DNA of 64,000 nt from Lama glama (Eukaryota), in contig CM052817.1 of assembly GCA_028534125.1 (NCBI GenBank), positions 24,864,001-24,928,000 on the forward strand. Reading direction: 5' to 3'. Both the position numbers and the translations under genes were made by a program. The notes beneath the pieces were generated by a model that made no database searches, was not told the DNA's origin, and saw only the letters and a list, made by a program, of their open reading frames with translations. Below, one piece after another: positions 13,682 to 26,400 of this stretch (position 1 is the stretch's first letter; every line of letters starts with the position of its first letter).

Positions 13682-14204
13682 TTGCCAGGTCAATGCCCTT
13701 CAATTTAGCCTGTCTTCTCCTCTCTGTTAAAATTGTGCTGCCAAAGACGAGGGCCTTCTAAATGCCCTATTTCCCCAGACCACATTCCCCTTGACTTCCC
13801 AGGAGCTCTTAATCTGAGATCAAAGTTACTCCAATGATTCTGTACATAGAATGCAAAGTCAGCGAACTTGGATGGAAAATTTTAAATTTAAAGTTATTTC
13901 TAGCAGTTCTAACCAGAATTTAGACTTTCCTTCGATGATGAATTCAGGCAACAAAGCACTTGATTTTTTATCACCAGTCCCCGTGACTTTGTCATCAATA
14001 GAAATCACCTCACTACAAAACTATGGAGTAATTAGACCTGTGGCCAGATTTGTTATTTACTATGTTAATTACCAAGCACGTATTAACTTCTGATCTGATA
14101 TATGGTTTGCAAATGTTTTCCTTCATTCCATAGATTGCCTTTTCATTTTGTTGACAATTTCTTTTGCTGTGCAGGAACTTTATAGTTTGATATAGTAGTT
14201 TTTA

Positions 14205-14424
14205 CATTTTTTAGGAATCATATTTCTGGATATGCAAAAATTCATGAAATTCCAGTGGCAGTGTCCAGACTCACTAGGACACAGCCATCCTCATTCGCTT
14301 CCCTGTTGTTGTGGCTACTTTTGCATTACAATGACAAAGACAGAATTTGGGACAGAGTTCAAATGGCCTGCAAAGGCTAAAATATTTGCTAAATGGGCCT
14401 TTAAGAAAAGTTTGTTGACCCTGA
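14205..14424. mobile_element. hAT-Charlie MITE (MER58-like) fragment
   Basis: tggcctgcaaaggctaaaatatttgct...aaaagtttgttgaccctg terminus typical of MER58. Confidence 0.65.
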
Positions 14425-16594
14425 ATTAGAAAAGCGTAAGGGTCCTGAGGACAGGGATGATGCCTCATATTTCTTTCCATCACCTCAGTGCCTAGCTCAG
14501 GTCCGCAGAAAGAATCACTAAACGACAAATCTCTCTACTGGTTGAAAAGACTCTTCTAAGCCCTCTGTGGTACAGACCTGCCAGTCTGGAAATCTTGGTA
14601 AATTCTACCTCCCCCTTCATTTTTCGCTCCAAGCTTCAAATTTAAGGACTCGAGTTATTTTCCTTTGAAAAGCAGGATAACTTCCTCTTACATTTTATAT
14701 GTAGCAACAGGAAAATGAGAAGAGGGCCGAAGGTCTCTAGCTCAGCTTTACGTTAAAGGAAATTACTAAGTAATGAAGCAAGTGCCCACCATGATGCTGT
14801 TGCACAACACAAATTCCTAAGCAATAGAAAAGGTGAACCGCAGCACAGCTCTTCAATACGTACTGATCCCGGGAACCTTGGTTCCGTTCAGTGGACACTC
14901 CCCCAGGCTATGGGGGTCAGAGGGCCCAGCGGAAGCACAACCCTCCCACAGAACACCCTGCAACAAGTCAGGTTATTCTGAAAGCCAGGGAAAGAACCCG
15001 ACTCTCCTTTTGTCTTCTTAAAGCAGCAACAGCACAACCCTGGACAATATCACCCTCAAAAACAGTCCTTTTAAGAGACAGTAAATACGGTACAGAGAAA
15101 AGAATTAGGTTGGGAGGCAGGACATCGAGGTGAAAATTCCAATTTCTCCAACAAGTTTTCTGCCGTAGAAAAACTCAAATACTCTAAGCCTAAATTGCTT
15201 CATGTGTATAATGAGGAAATGGGGGGAAATAACACCTCTGAAGGCTGATGAGATTAAGCAAGAGGAGATGTAAGTTACAAAGCACTATACACCGTGCACT
15301 TGCAGATAACCTGCAGGTGGTGACAAATGAGAGCATTTGGCGCTGTGTGGAGCTGGAGGCCGTGCCAGGTGAGCTGATTAGTTCTTTGTCTGGTCATTCG
15401 TTCATTCATTCACTCATGCATTCATTCATGCCTGCCACATCCCAGAAATGATTGCAGGGAGCTTGAATGCAACCAAGGCAACAAAAAATTTAACAATAAA
15501 AAGAAAATAAGATGAAGGGAAGAGAAAGTAGGGGAGGCTAAATGAAACCAGGAGGAAGGTAGGAAACCAGTGCTCTCAAGACTTTGGATTTTCTAAACCA
15601 GTAAAATTTCCCCCCAAACTGGGAAGTGATAGAAGCATGCGATCAGGTTCTTTTACCAGGTAAAGTCATTAAAAGACAAAAATAAAACAGGTAAACAAAG
15701 GCCCCTACCATTGACGTGCACCATCACTTCATATGAGAAAGACTTTCTTTTGTTAATGCCTACAAAGTGGGGAAAATGTGATCTCAGGATACAGAATAGT
15801 CCAGTTGTGGAAATTACGTGCTGTCGTTCATATTTTGTCTTGGATGGGTGAAAACTGGCACAAGCTGGCAATGGCTTAGAAAGGGCACTCGTGAATCACC
15901 GACTTTATACAAAATGACCTCAATACTTGTCAAGCAATGGACCCTTTGAGCCCATTAGTCAGTCCAGGGATGGAGATGCCACTAGTTGCTCAAGGAAAGA
16001 AAAGTTATTCCTGGTAGAGCCCTGCAAGAAGCTACTTCCTGGATTCTCCTTAAAAAGACACTGTGTAAGGTATTAAACAACACCTCATACTGAATAGGGC
16101 ATTTAAAAAAATGTATTCCCCCAGTATGGGCAAATGGGATAATGTCGAGGTACAATTTGACCAAAGAAATTGTTTTGGCTACAGTCCAGGCAAACTGCTC
16201 TTCACTTGGGTTGATCTGATATAGAGCCTGATTTTAGGGATACAGATTCTAGAAGGCCAATTGGACTGTACATCTTTCAGGTAGTCCTCCAAAATGGTCT
16301 TCACCTTGACCAAATTTTTGACAAATATTGAGTGTGGATGAGTTCTTGGTTGCTCCGTGACTTTGCAATCCTTGAGCAGTATATCTGGAAATCTGATCCT
16401 ATGTTGCTGGTTAAACAAGGAGTCACGTGCTCTAACAATCAGCTCACCTTGGGGGAGAATTGACATATCTCTTAGGACAGCTGAGAAACTTGATGCGGGC
16501 ACAAGGGGTAAACAGGGAAACCGAAAGTTTCTAATCTAAGGGAAGTATTATGTAGATATTCAGTGAACTCACAAATGTCATGAATTACAAGTTA

Positions 16595-17330
16595 TTTTCA
16601 TTCATCCTGAACATATTTATTGAATGCCTACTACATGCTGGGCTCTATTCCATGCACTGGAGATACATCTGTAAACAAAACAGAAAGAATTCTCTACTCT
16701 CATAGAGAGGGGAGCAGGATAAAAACAGATGACAAAAAGATAGGCAAGTAACTAATATAGTATATTAGAGGGTAATGAATGTTATGGAGAAATATAAAGC
16801 AGGAAAAAGGAATAAGAAATATATGTGTATGTGTGTGTATATACCCGTGTGCTTTTCCATTTTCTAAAGGTTGGTTGGAGAAGGCCTCATAGAGAAGGTG
16901 GTTTTTAAACAAAGACTAAAGAAGATGGAGTAAGTTAGGGGGGCAATGTGGATATCTGACGGGAGAGTGTGACCAGCAAAGGGAATAGTGAGTGCAAAGG
17001 CCCTGTGGCAGGAGTGTCCCTGGCGGGTTTGAATTACAGCAAGGTCAATATGGCTAGAGGCTGGCAGCGGGCGATGCAGTACAGAGGTAGTGTTGTCGGG
17101 TGGGGAAGGGGAAGATCCCATTTGGCTCCATAAACCATTATAAGGACTCTGGCTTTTACTCTAAGCAATCTGGGAAGCCATGGGGGGGTGGTTTCTAAAT
17201 AGAGCAGTGACATGACCCAACTAATATTTTAATAGATTCACTTGGCTGCCGTATGGAGAACGGATTGCAGGCTGACAAAGGCAGCAGCAGGGAGACCAAT
17301 GAGCTGGCTACTGCATTTTCTAGGTGAGAT
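16595..17330 (-). mobile_element. L2 LINE 3' fragment
   Basis: ttcattcatcc...atatttattgaatgcctactacatgctggg tail and agtgcaaaggccctgtggcagga internal motif. Confidence 0.75.
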
Positions 17331-19554
17331 TACACATTAAGTACCAGCAATGTCATGATGGCATTTGGGATTAAACGAAGTGGGGGTCTTTCAGTGTTGG
17401 AAGCTTAGTCAATCTGGGTAAAATCCCTGAGCTCTCTAATTCTGACAATTTACAAATAAATTCTCAGAGACCTTAGACAGACTTAGACATAGTAACAAAC
17501 AAACAAAAAAGATACGTGCTCTCTAACTCTTGCTCAGCTTTGTGTCGATGCCCAAGCCCACCAAGCCAGCTCAGGCGGGGAGAAGGAAACCTCAGAAAAG
17601 GCTGGACACTGTCAGAGAGCTGCGTGGCAGAGTTGCTTGTGAAGAGTACTGACTTGACAAATAGGAGCAGGAGCTGAAAAGGGAAGCGGAACCAGTGCCC
17701 AGAGTTCTATCTGCTTTGTCTATAAAAGGAGACGAGGCTGTCCCAGAAGCTATCCTGGGGCTCGAGGGTGCAGCGCACTCGTTCTCACGCCACATGGATT
17801 TGTGCTGTCTGTGCTGTCTCGCCCATCGTAGGCACGGGTTCTCCCAGGCAGAAACATTTTTATGTACTTTCATTGCCAAATTTTCCAAACCTACACTGGT
17901 TATCTGCTCGTTCCATTTTATTTTTTTACTCCACTGTATTTTATCATTCTCATACCTTTCAGAAAGCAGCTTCAAGGCCCTCGTGTTGTAGGCAAGTCAA
18001 TGTCGCGCACTCCTTGATCTTGACTTCAATCCATTGTCGTCATGAAGAATATTTCTTTCAGCTAATTAAGATACTTTTACTTGGGCATGACTTACATACT
18101 GTTTAGATGCTAATGGTTATGCCCTGGGTTGGCAGGATTGGCGAATTACCTGGCGTTGGTGCTGCAACACTGCCTCCTCCCACGCCCTGGGCAGATGCTG
18201 CTTCCCAGTCTCGCAGCCTTTCCCACTGAGCTGGGACCTGCCTCGGAAACCTTCTCCACTAGGTCTCCAGGAAGTCACCACCGAGCAGTGGGCACAAGTG
18301 TACCCAGTGAGCCACCTTCTACCCTGGGGTTCTGCTCAGTATCATCATAATTCTTGCCTTTATACCAATTTTGGAATAGACCCACTAGTTAAAAACTCTT
18401 ATCTTATTATATATATTTGGAAGTTCAGTGAAAACATATCATAGCAATAATTAGAGTTTGGATTTTCAACTAATATGAATATTTAAACAAGTAACTGATA
18501 GATGTGATAATAATAAGTATTCTTATTGAAGTTCTCTTTTTAACATTAACCAAAGACTTTTCATCCTAGATTTATATACCATCCCCTTAACTTTTTAAAA
18601 GCAAAGTGGCCTCTTTTCTTTCAGCCTCTGGGCTTCCCACTTGATGTAACGGTGTCAGTGGTTCACAGTTTTCTAGGGGTCTGCAGCCATCTTAAAGCTG
18701 ACATCAGTGCTTCTGGCCTTTGGCAATGAGCAATTGATTTCAGTGCAAATGACTAAATCAGGAAAGAATCTACGGGGAAGCCTCAAAAGAATGATACATG
18801 CAGGGTTTCAGGAAGAGCTGAAGGTGCAGAGGTTGTCCAGACAAGGAGATGGCAGCAGCCAAGATTACTGATGTCTTCCCATCTGGGATTTTTTACTGAG
18901 CCAAGGGGGTCTGGCATCATAAATGATGGCAGCTAAATGGGAAAGATCTCCACACTCTTTGCGTTCCTGGGTGGCACTGATCAGGGGACTCAGGGGCTGG
19001 AAGCAGAGTCACAGCAGTGTTTGGCCCCATTCCCTACTTAGTTTTGTTACTGATGACTTAAAGAACTACCAACAGAACACCTTCCTGGGCCCCAGAGAGC
19101 CCTCTGTTGCCATCACCAAGGTGTACCAGCCCTGCTGGGAGTCACACAACCACGAGACGAGGGGAAGGAGCCACTTCTCTCCCAGAGAAGTGGCACTTGC
19201 AGGTAATAGCTGGGTGGTTACTCTTACCTTTTCACTCTGCAAGGGGACAACATGGATGTCCCCTTCCTGTTTGACAGTCTTTATCCTGCCATCCCAGGAA
19301 CACCACCAGTCCCAAATTCTTCTTGGTTATTTCTTCCAGAACTGCTAGAAATGAGTGCAAATGAGGTTGATGGCAGGCTCTCCCTTACTGAGACAATACT
19401 TTGTAGCAAAAAAAATTTGAAAATCTTTACCACATATTATAAAGGGAGTGCTGTTTCCAGGAAGCTATACATATTACAAAATCCCTCTTTATCATTGTTA
19501 GGGCACTAACTGCCCCTGGGAACTGGTAAAGTGATGCAGAAATCACTGCTTCTC

Positions 19555-20021
19555 CACTTTTTTACAATAGCCAAGACATGGTAGCAACCTAGATGTCCAT
19601 TGACAGATGACTGGATAAAGAAAATGTGGTGCATATATACAATGGAATACTACTCAGCCATAAAAAAGAATTAAATAATGTCACTGGCAGCAACATGAGT
19701 GCACCTAGAGCCTGTCATACTAGTAAGTCAGTCAGACAGAGAAAGACAAATATATTTATCACTTATACATGGAATCTAAAAAAATGACACAAATGAACTT
19801 ATTTACAAAACAGAAAGAGACTCATGGACATAGAAAATAAACTTATGGTTACCAGGGAGGGAGGGGGGCAGGGATAAATTGGGAGTTTGGTATTGGCAGA
19901 TACAAACTACTATGTACAGAATAGATAAACAACAAGGTCCTACTGTACAGCACAGGGAACTATATTCAATGGCTTGTAGTAACTTGTAATGAAAAAGAAT
20001 ACATATATATATGTATGTGTG

Positions 20022-20076
<55 letters not shown>

Positions 20077-20146
20077 GCTGTACACCAGAAACTAATACAA
20101 CATTGTAAATCAACTATCACTTTAATTTAAAAAAGGGGGGTGGGGA
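19555..20146 (+). mobile_element. 5'-truncated L1 3' end (artiodactyl-type) with internal (TA)/(TG) array
   Basis: acaatagccaagacatgg...tggaatactactcagccataaaaaagaa...agcacagggaactatattcaat. Degenerate 17-bp TSD at 19538-19554 and 20147-20163. Confidence 0.88.
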
Positions 20147-21789
20147 AGAAATTACCTCTTCTCAAAAGGTCATGGCCCTTGCTTAGGTCAGGCTAGAGGT
20201 CAGGGCAAATGGTCATTTGCTGCTAACTCTCTGAGCTGCAACTTGCTAGATTCCAGCAGTGGGGTGGTAGGAAGGAACATGGAACCTAGAGACATGGAGC
20301 CTAGACTTGCCTCTGCCCCTCAGTCCTCCTACTTCCTACGTTTGTGATCTGATTAGCACCCATCTGGCTGCCTGCCTGTGCCTAAGAGTTCCTGCATTCT
20401 GGGACTGGGGTGTGGGTGGAGTGGCGAGCGGAGAAGGCTAATGAGGAAAAGCAAAGGGAGGAAGTTCTGGCTAGGATGCTCTGTGTACAGCGTCCCGCCT
20501 TGATTTGACCAAGGTTGTTAGGTTTCAGCTGCCCTCCGGCAGGTCGTGGATGAGAGGCAGTTTACGAGTGTCACTGAAATGGATGGCAGTATGCCCGTCT
20601 TGCCATCCTCGCACCCTGGAGGTAAGTGTGTTCAGCAGGCTGCTGCAGAGAAGGGTTGAGAACGCATGAGTGAGTTGGAGACGAAGATGTGGAATAATTA
20701 TGGTGTGAGCCAAGCGGTAACAGTATGGCTTAACTGGTTTACCTGGTCTTATAATCTCATGAAGAGTAATTTCCATAACCCAGTAAGCATTCTCATCATT
20801 AGAGTATTTCCATCTGTATATATTCCTCATCTCGTTTTAAAAAAAGACTTGAGGCTAAGTACACACATAACTGTGCCATAACAAAGAATGAGCTGAGTGC
20901 TACAAGACAGCGACACAGTAGCCAGAGAGCAAGTGCATTGTCGGGGGCTTAGGATCTGGGAGGTCCCAGAACCTACTAGCTCTGTGGCCTCCAAGAGGCA
21001 CTAACCTCTTTGTTTCCTCATTAGTCAAGTGGATTTAATCACCTCTGCTCTGCAGTTTTTGTGAGGATTAGAGACAATATGTAAAGTACCTACCACAAAT
21101 GCCTCAAAGAGACTAGCCTTTCAATGAATAAGAGCTATCAATATTACGAGTCTTAAATCGAGCTGTGGATAAAACTTTTCCGTCCCACTTAAATATAACT
21201 CCCCTGGATGTGAGCATTCAGAGGAATAGAACCAGGCATTCCCACTCTAACAGCCTGCCTCCAAGAGCCTCCTCAGCTTCTAGGAACGCACTGTTCCTGC
21301 AGGGAGGGGTGGGGGGAGGGGGAGGAAGGGGAGGGGAGGGAGGGGAGAACCTTGAGCCTCTATTTGCCTCCTGAGCCACGGTAACAATAGCTGCTGCCAT
21401 TAGTTAAGGTCCATAGATGTGCCACTGTGTTACTAAGCACTTTTCCACTGTATCCTCACAATGGTCCTATACAGCATGTATTGGTCCCGTCTTATAGGTA
21501 AAAGAATGAAGACCAGAGGTCCAGTAGCTTGCCTAAGCCAATTCAGTGGTGGAACTGGGATTTGGGTTCACGTCCAACCCTCAAACTCAGCCACTTCCCT
21601 AAAGTCAGCCTCCAGCTACACTAAGTAAAAAATCCTGAAAGATGCTGTCCCATTCTGCTGCCGTCCCCTCGCCGCCCCCCTCCCCCCAGCTCCCCAGTCC
21701 ATCTCCGTCTTCCTGCTCTCCCCTCCCTGCTCATCCGTGTCTGGAGATGGTGCTAAGCCCCCCGACTTTCCTCAAATTTCCCCCTCCCT

Positions 21790-23400
21790 ACCTCCGGAGG
21801 GCGGGGCGGGGCGGGGGTTGCGCGCGCCCTGGACCAGAAGGGACGGAAAAAGCGCCCAAACTAGCCCCTGCGTCACTCAGGCAGTTGTTCAGAAATGGGG
21901 CTTACTGCTGGTTAGTAGGGGAAGACACTTCAGCCTTCGCTGTTCCCCGAGTCTCTGCTTTTCCAATCTTGCCTACCAGCGCCCCATAGGATGTCCGTGC
22001 CTCAATTCACTCCCTGCCATTATCCAACCCTAGGACAGGAAGAAGAGGTGATGCGGGGGAGAGCCAGGTGGCTTGGTCGCCTTCCTGTGTTCCGTGCGGT
22101 TTTCACTCTGTCCATTTCGGAGAGAAAAGGCTATAGAGTGAAGATGAGGCGAGGCTACCGCGAGGGAGCTAAGAGCGGGCTGGCTGTGCCACCTGCTGAG
22201 AGCCCCGCAGGCCGAGAGCGCGGCGGGCAGTGCCACCTGCTATAAATAGGCCACCGGGGACAGGGTGTGCAACCGCACATCACCCCGTGAGGGCCTTAAT
22301 CACGCGCGGGGCCTCGGGGCCCCAGGGGTTCGGCGGGCCAGGACCCTGCGCTGGGGCCGGGTGGGGCGGCGTCCCGGACACCCTCTCCCGGGTCGGGGCT
22401 GGAGGCTCGGAGGCGGGCTGAGGATGGACCGCCGGGAAGGGGAGAGGCAGGGAGGGGAGGGAGGCCGCGGCGGACCCGCACTGCAGCAGCTGTTGCCCGC
22501 GTGTGACTCGCCTGTCCCAGCCATGCAGCTGGAGCAGAGTCACACGGCGCAGTGGGGAGGGAGGGGGCATCGTGTCCCCTTCTTAAGTCCCTGGGGACCG
22601 AGTTGGGAGATCCCGGGTTCTGCCCTCCCCTCGCCTCCCCCGCGCTCGCCCTGCCGGGGAGGAGGAAACGCGAGCTGCGCGCAGACACCTCCTCCTCCGC
22701 CGCCGCCGCTACCGCCGCCGCCGTCCCCGCGCCCTGGTGCCTGTTGCTGCCGCCGCCGCCGCGGGATTCGCCGTGTCCTCGGCTGGGTGGAGGAGAGGCG
22801 GGAGCCCTCTCGGCTCCCCGCGGCGGGAAAAGCGCAGGCTGCCCGGCACGATGCGCGCCCCGCCCGCCCAGGCCGTCCCCGGGCTGCCCCCGAGCACCTG
22901 CGCGCCCCGGCCGGGCCCCGCGCTCTGAGCGCGCCGCGGTACAGGTAGGCGCTTGCTGGGGCCTCGCCCACGCCACCCCGCCGCCTCCTCCCAGGGCATC
23001 CCGGCCGCCCCCCACCCCCAGCAGGCCCTCGCGCTCCCCTGCCCGCGGAGAAGCGGGAATCGGGCGGTCCTGGGGCTTCCCTGCTGTCCTTGCCTTGCAC
23101 GGGGCTCGCGGGGGAGGAAGTTCATTGTCATCTCGTTGTCTCCTACTTGGACGAAAGCGAAACCTTCAAGTTCAGAACGACCCAGGCACTCCGATGGGCG
23201 CCCTCCCTCTGCCCCGCCCTCCACTCCTGCTCGCAGTCCTCGCATCACCCCTCCCCCCTCCCGCCAACTATCTCTAGGGCTAGTGTGTTTGCCAGGCGAC
23301 CAGATCAAGGGAGGGCGATCAGAGTGACCCCAAGCCACCCTTTAAAAGTTCAGGGTACTTTGCAGTAGCAATTTTGGCAGCTCCACCAGTGCGCGCGACG
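21790..23400 (+). promoter_or_regulatory. TBC1D1: CpG-island promoter of TBC1D1
   Basis: Sharp rise in GC and CpG content. Overlapping GGGCGG boxes at 21799-21817. Lies ~10 kb upstream of the first coding exon. Confidence 0.88.
22680..22944 (+). other. TBC1D1: TBC1D1 non-coding exon 1 (start approximate)
   Basis: Donor CAG|GTAGGC at 22944/22945 inside the CpG island. The TSS position is inferred, not visible. Confidence 0.65.
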
Positions 23401-26400
23401 TTTCTTTCTATGGGCACATCCTGTACCAGTCATTTTGAAACCCTGCTTAATTGTTTCTAGCAGCTTCCTGATCGTTCTGTGATTGTGAGACCCCTCAAAC
23501 TTCGCCGCACATTGTTGTGTGTGCGGATTTTTAAGAGATTCATTTTCTTTGAAATCCACACAGAGGCGGCTTTACCTGTTGTGATTTCATTTAAAATAGA
23601 TTATTCTCTGGAAGTTACTTAAAAAGGAGAAGAAATTGAAAGTGATGATTGTTCCTCCCACCGAAGTTTAATTTTCAGAGTGTCCTACATTAATGGGTAG
23701 ATATCACTTCATGGATCTCTCCTTCTTCCTTTTAGATGATTGGATGATTTCAGTTATTAATATAATCAGACTTTGAAAGAGCATTTTAAAATGACCTGGT
23801 TTAAATGGGCCACATCCAAAAAACTCAGCTATCTCTACAAGTCCAAACTTCTAAACTTTTTGCTCGGTACTTGCTTTGAACTGCAGAGGCCTTGATAAAA
23901 ATGCTTTCTTTGGGAAGGCAGAAATTCATTCTCTTCCCCAGGTTCCAGATAGGATTGGCGGGAGTGGAAGCCTGGCCCCTTCTGTGTTCTGATGTGTGTA
24001 GGGCGCCTGCTGGGGGTGGGAGGGGTTGAGAGGAAGAATGAACCCAGGGCTGTTCCAAGAGGCTGAGAATCCGCCCTGCAGAATGGCCCTTGGTGTTTCT
24101 AAAGACTTCAGTTCTATTACCATCTTGGCTTAGGGGACCCTGAAGAGGGTGAGTTCTGCACCTTTTGCTAGAGTTGAGATGGCTTCACTTGCTTGGGGAG
24201 GAGGCTTGCCTCATTACGAGCTCCTTCCTGGGAACCTTGAAGACTGTCTTAAGGAATAAGGACATTGCATGAAAAAATTTGTGTAAAATAGGATTGACTG
24301 CTTTTGTAAACAGATGTTTTTCCAACTGTTTGAAATGGAAAGCTATTGCAGTCTTGAATCTGCCTGTTTCTTTTTCTTCCTACCAAGTTACAGGGAAATA
24401 AGACCTTAAAAAGTGCTTACTCTCCAGACTTCTCTGTTAAGTACTCATCGACAAAGCATGAACAACAGGGTAGTGAGCAGAGCTGTGGATTAAAGGGCGC
24501 CGTGTGAAATGTTTAGGGGCCATTTTCTGCAGTGAACACAGGGGAGCATCCTGAGACTATCAATTGAGTGCAAGGAGATGGAAAAGGGACTAAGTGTGGC
24601 TAAAAGCAGTAAATGAAATCATCAAGTGACAATTAAAATAAATGCCTTCATGTGGATATGTCCAGCCACTTGCAAACCAGTAAAACAGGGGGAAATTCAC
24701 TGTAGTTATAATAGTTAACATCAAAGTAAGGTTTTGCAAATGAAAGTCTCTTCTTAGTCTACCATTATCTTTGGAGATTTCCCCTTTCACTGATGGTATG
24801 TCAGCGTTGACCTTTTACCCATACGACCTGGTTTGTCATAGTACCAGATGGTTTGAGGAAGAAAAGGGCGATTCTGAAGAAATAATTCAGTTTGCCCCTC
24901 CTCCCTTATTATTCAGCCGTGTCCCACTTCCCTAGGAGGCGACCTTCACCAGAAAGGCTGCAGTAGCAATTAGATGTACCCCGTGCATAGCCAGGTGTGG
25001 GTAGGCCACTCCTTTCAGACCCAGATCTTCTAGGAACTGCTCGGAAGTACTACGGGTTGCACTTAGCAGCATGGCGCTTACCTGTCCCCCAGCATCTCTA
25101 GTCACAGCACCCAGAGGAAGGACGCCTGCCTGTGGATTTTGTCTTTGTGCTTTTAACTTTATCTCACGAAATGTCAGCTCCCTCAGGCCCCTTACCTCTC
25201 TTCACAGCATTTGCCTGAGGGTCCCAGGTCTTCCCTCTTCAGATTCCCCAGAGGATCTAGCGTGTATGTCAGCCCATTTGGGGACTTAAGTATGTATGCT
25301 TATGTGTGGGTGCCTTGGCATAGTTTGCTTTGCCCTTTTTCCTGGCTACTGTACTGCCTTTCTCAAATTTCATAGCCACATTCATCCCCATACTTGACGT
25401 GTATCCTTTTCTTTCCCTGGTCATTAAAACTTGGGGAAGCAGAATCCATTCATTAAACGCAGAAGCCAAGGTGTGTTGGGTCTGTAGCCCTCTGGTCATG
25501 GCACAGGATTTAGGTTTGCAGTGCAAATTATAAATGCCTTTGCCGACTTTTATCTTCACCTCTTCCCTTCCAACCCCACATTCCAATAAAAACATTTTGA
25601 AACCAGCTTCCTCACAAAAGACATGAAGTTTTCCATCTTCAAGGGTTTTTTTTTTTTTTTGACATTTTCAAGACAAGATTTCCATTTGGTGGGTTCTTAG
25701 ATTTAAGGGCAATGTGTCCCTTTTCAGGTTTCAGATGTTTGGAGAAAGATTTGTCACATTTGGGGCATATGAAATATTCTTAACACTTTGGTTTCAGTGA
25801 AGCTGTGCAGAATACAGGAAATATGTTTTAACACCAACAAAGATGTTCTTAATTTTAAATGTGCCTATTTCCTCTGAGACAAGCAGCAGCTATTTTTTTC
25901 TCTTAAAAAAAAGAATGTTCCCATTAAACAACACATTATATGTGATCAGTGAATCTAAACTTACAAAGAGGGTAAGCATTTATGGGATTGTTGTCAAACT
26001 TAATTTATACCTGTAAAGTGCTTAGAACAGTGCTTGGCACATAGTGAGCACTCAAGATATATTACTTATTACTATTATATTTATTTGTTCTACACTGTTA
26101 GCATAAAACTTTGACACTAGATTTAGATTACTGACACAAAATCTAGGTTGAAAAACAACCCAGCTAATCCACTAGAAAGATATTTTAGAGTTACTCCCAT
26201 CTAGAGAGATTGTCATATTGCAAAGAAGAGAAATTTGGGCACAAGGCAGGTCCGGATTCAGATCCTGCCTTCACCATTTACTGGCAAGAGGACCTTCTGT
26301 AAAATGGGGATGATTTAAAAACTCTTGTCAGAGTTGTAAGATCACAGAAGGTCATATGTGTAATGTCCAAGAAGAGGTAGCTGGTCAATAGGTATTCCTC

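Noticed and set aside
17720..17729. TATAAAAG box as an intergenic promoter
   Set aside because: Isolated motif without CpG island, exon or ORF support.
22265..23368. Long overlapping ORFs (186-241 aa) on both strands
   Set aside because: Stop-codon scarcity in a CpG island. Low-complexity Pro/Arg/Gly/Ala composition and no recognisable homology.
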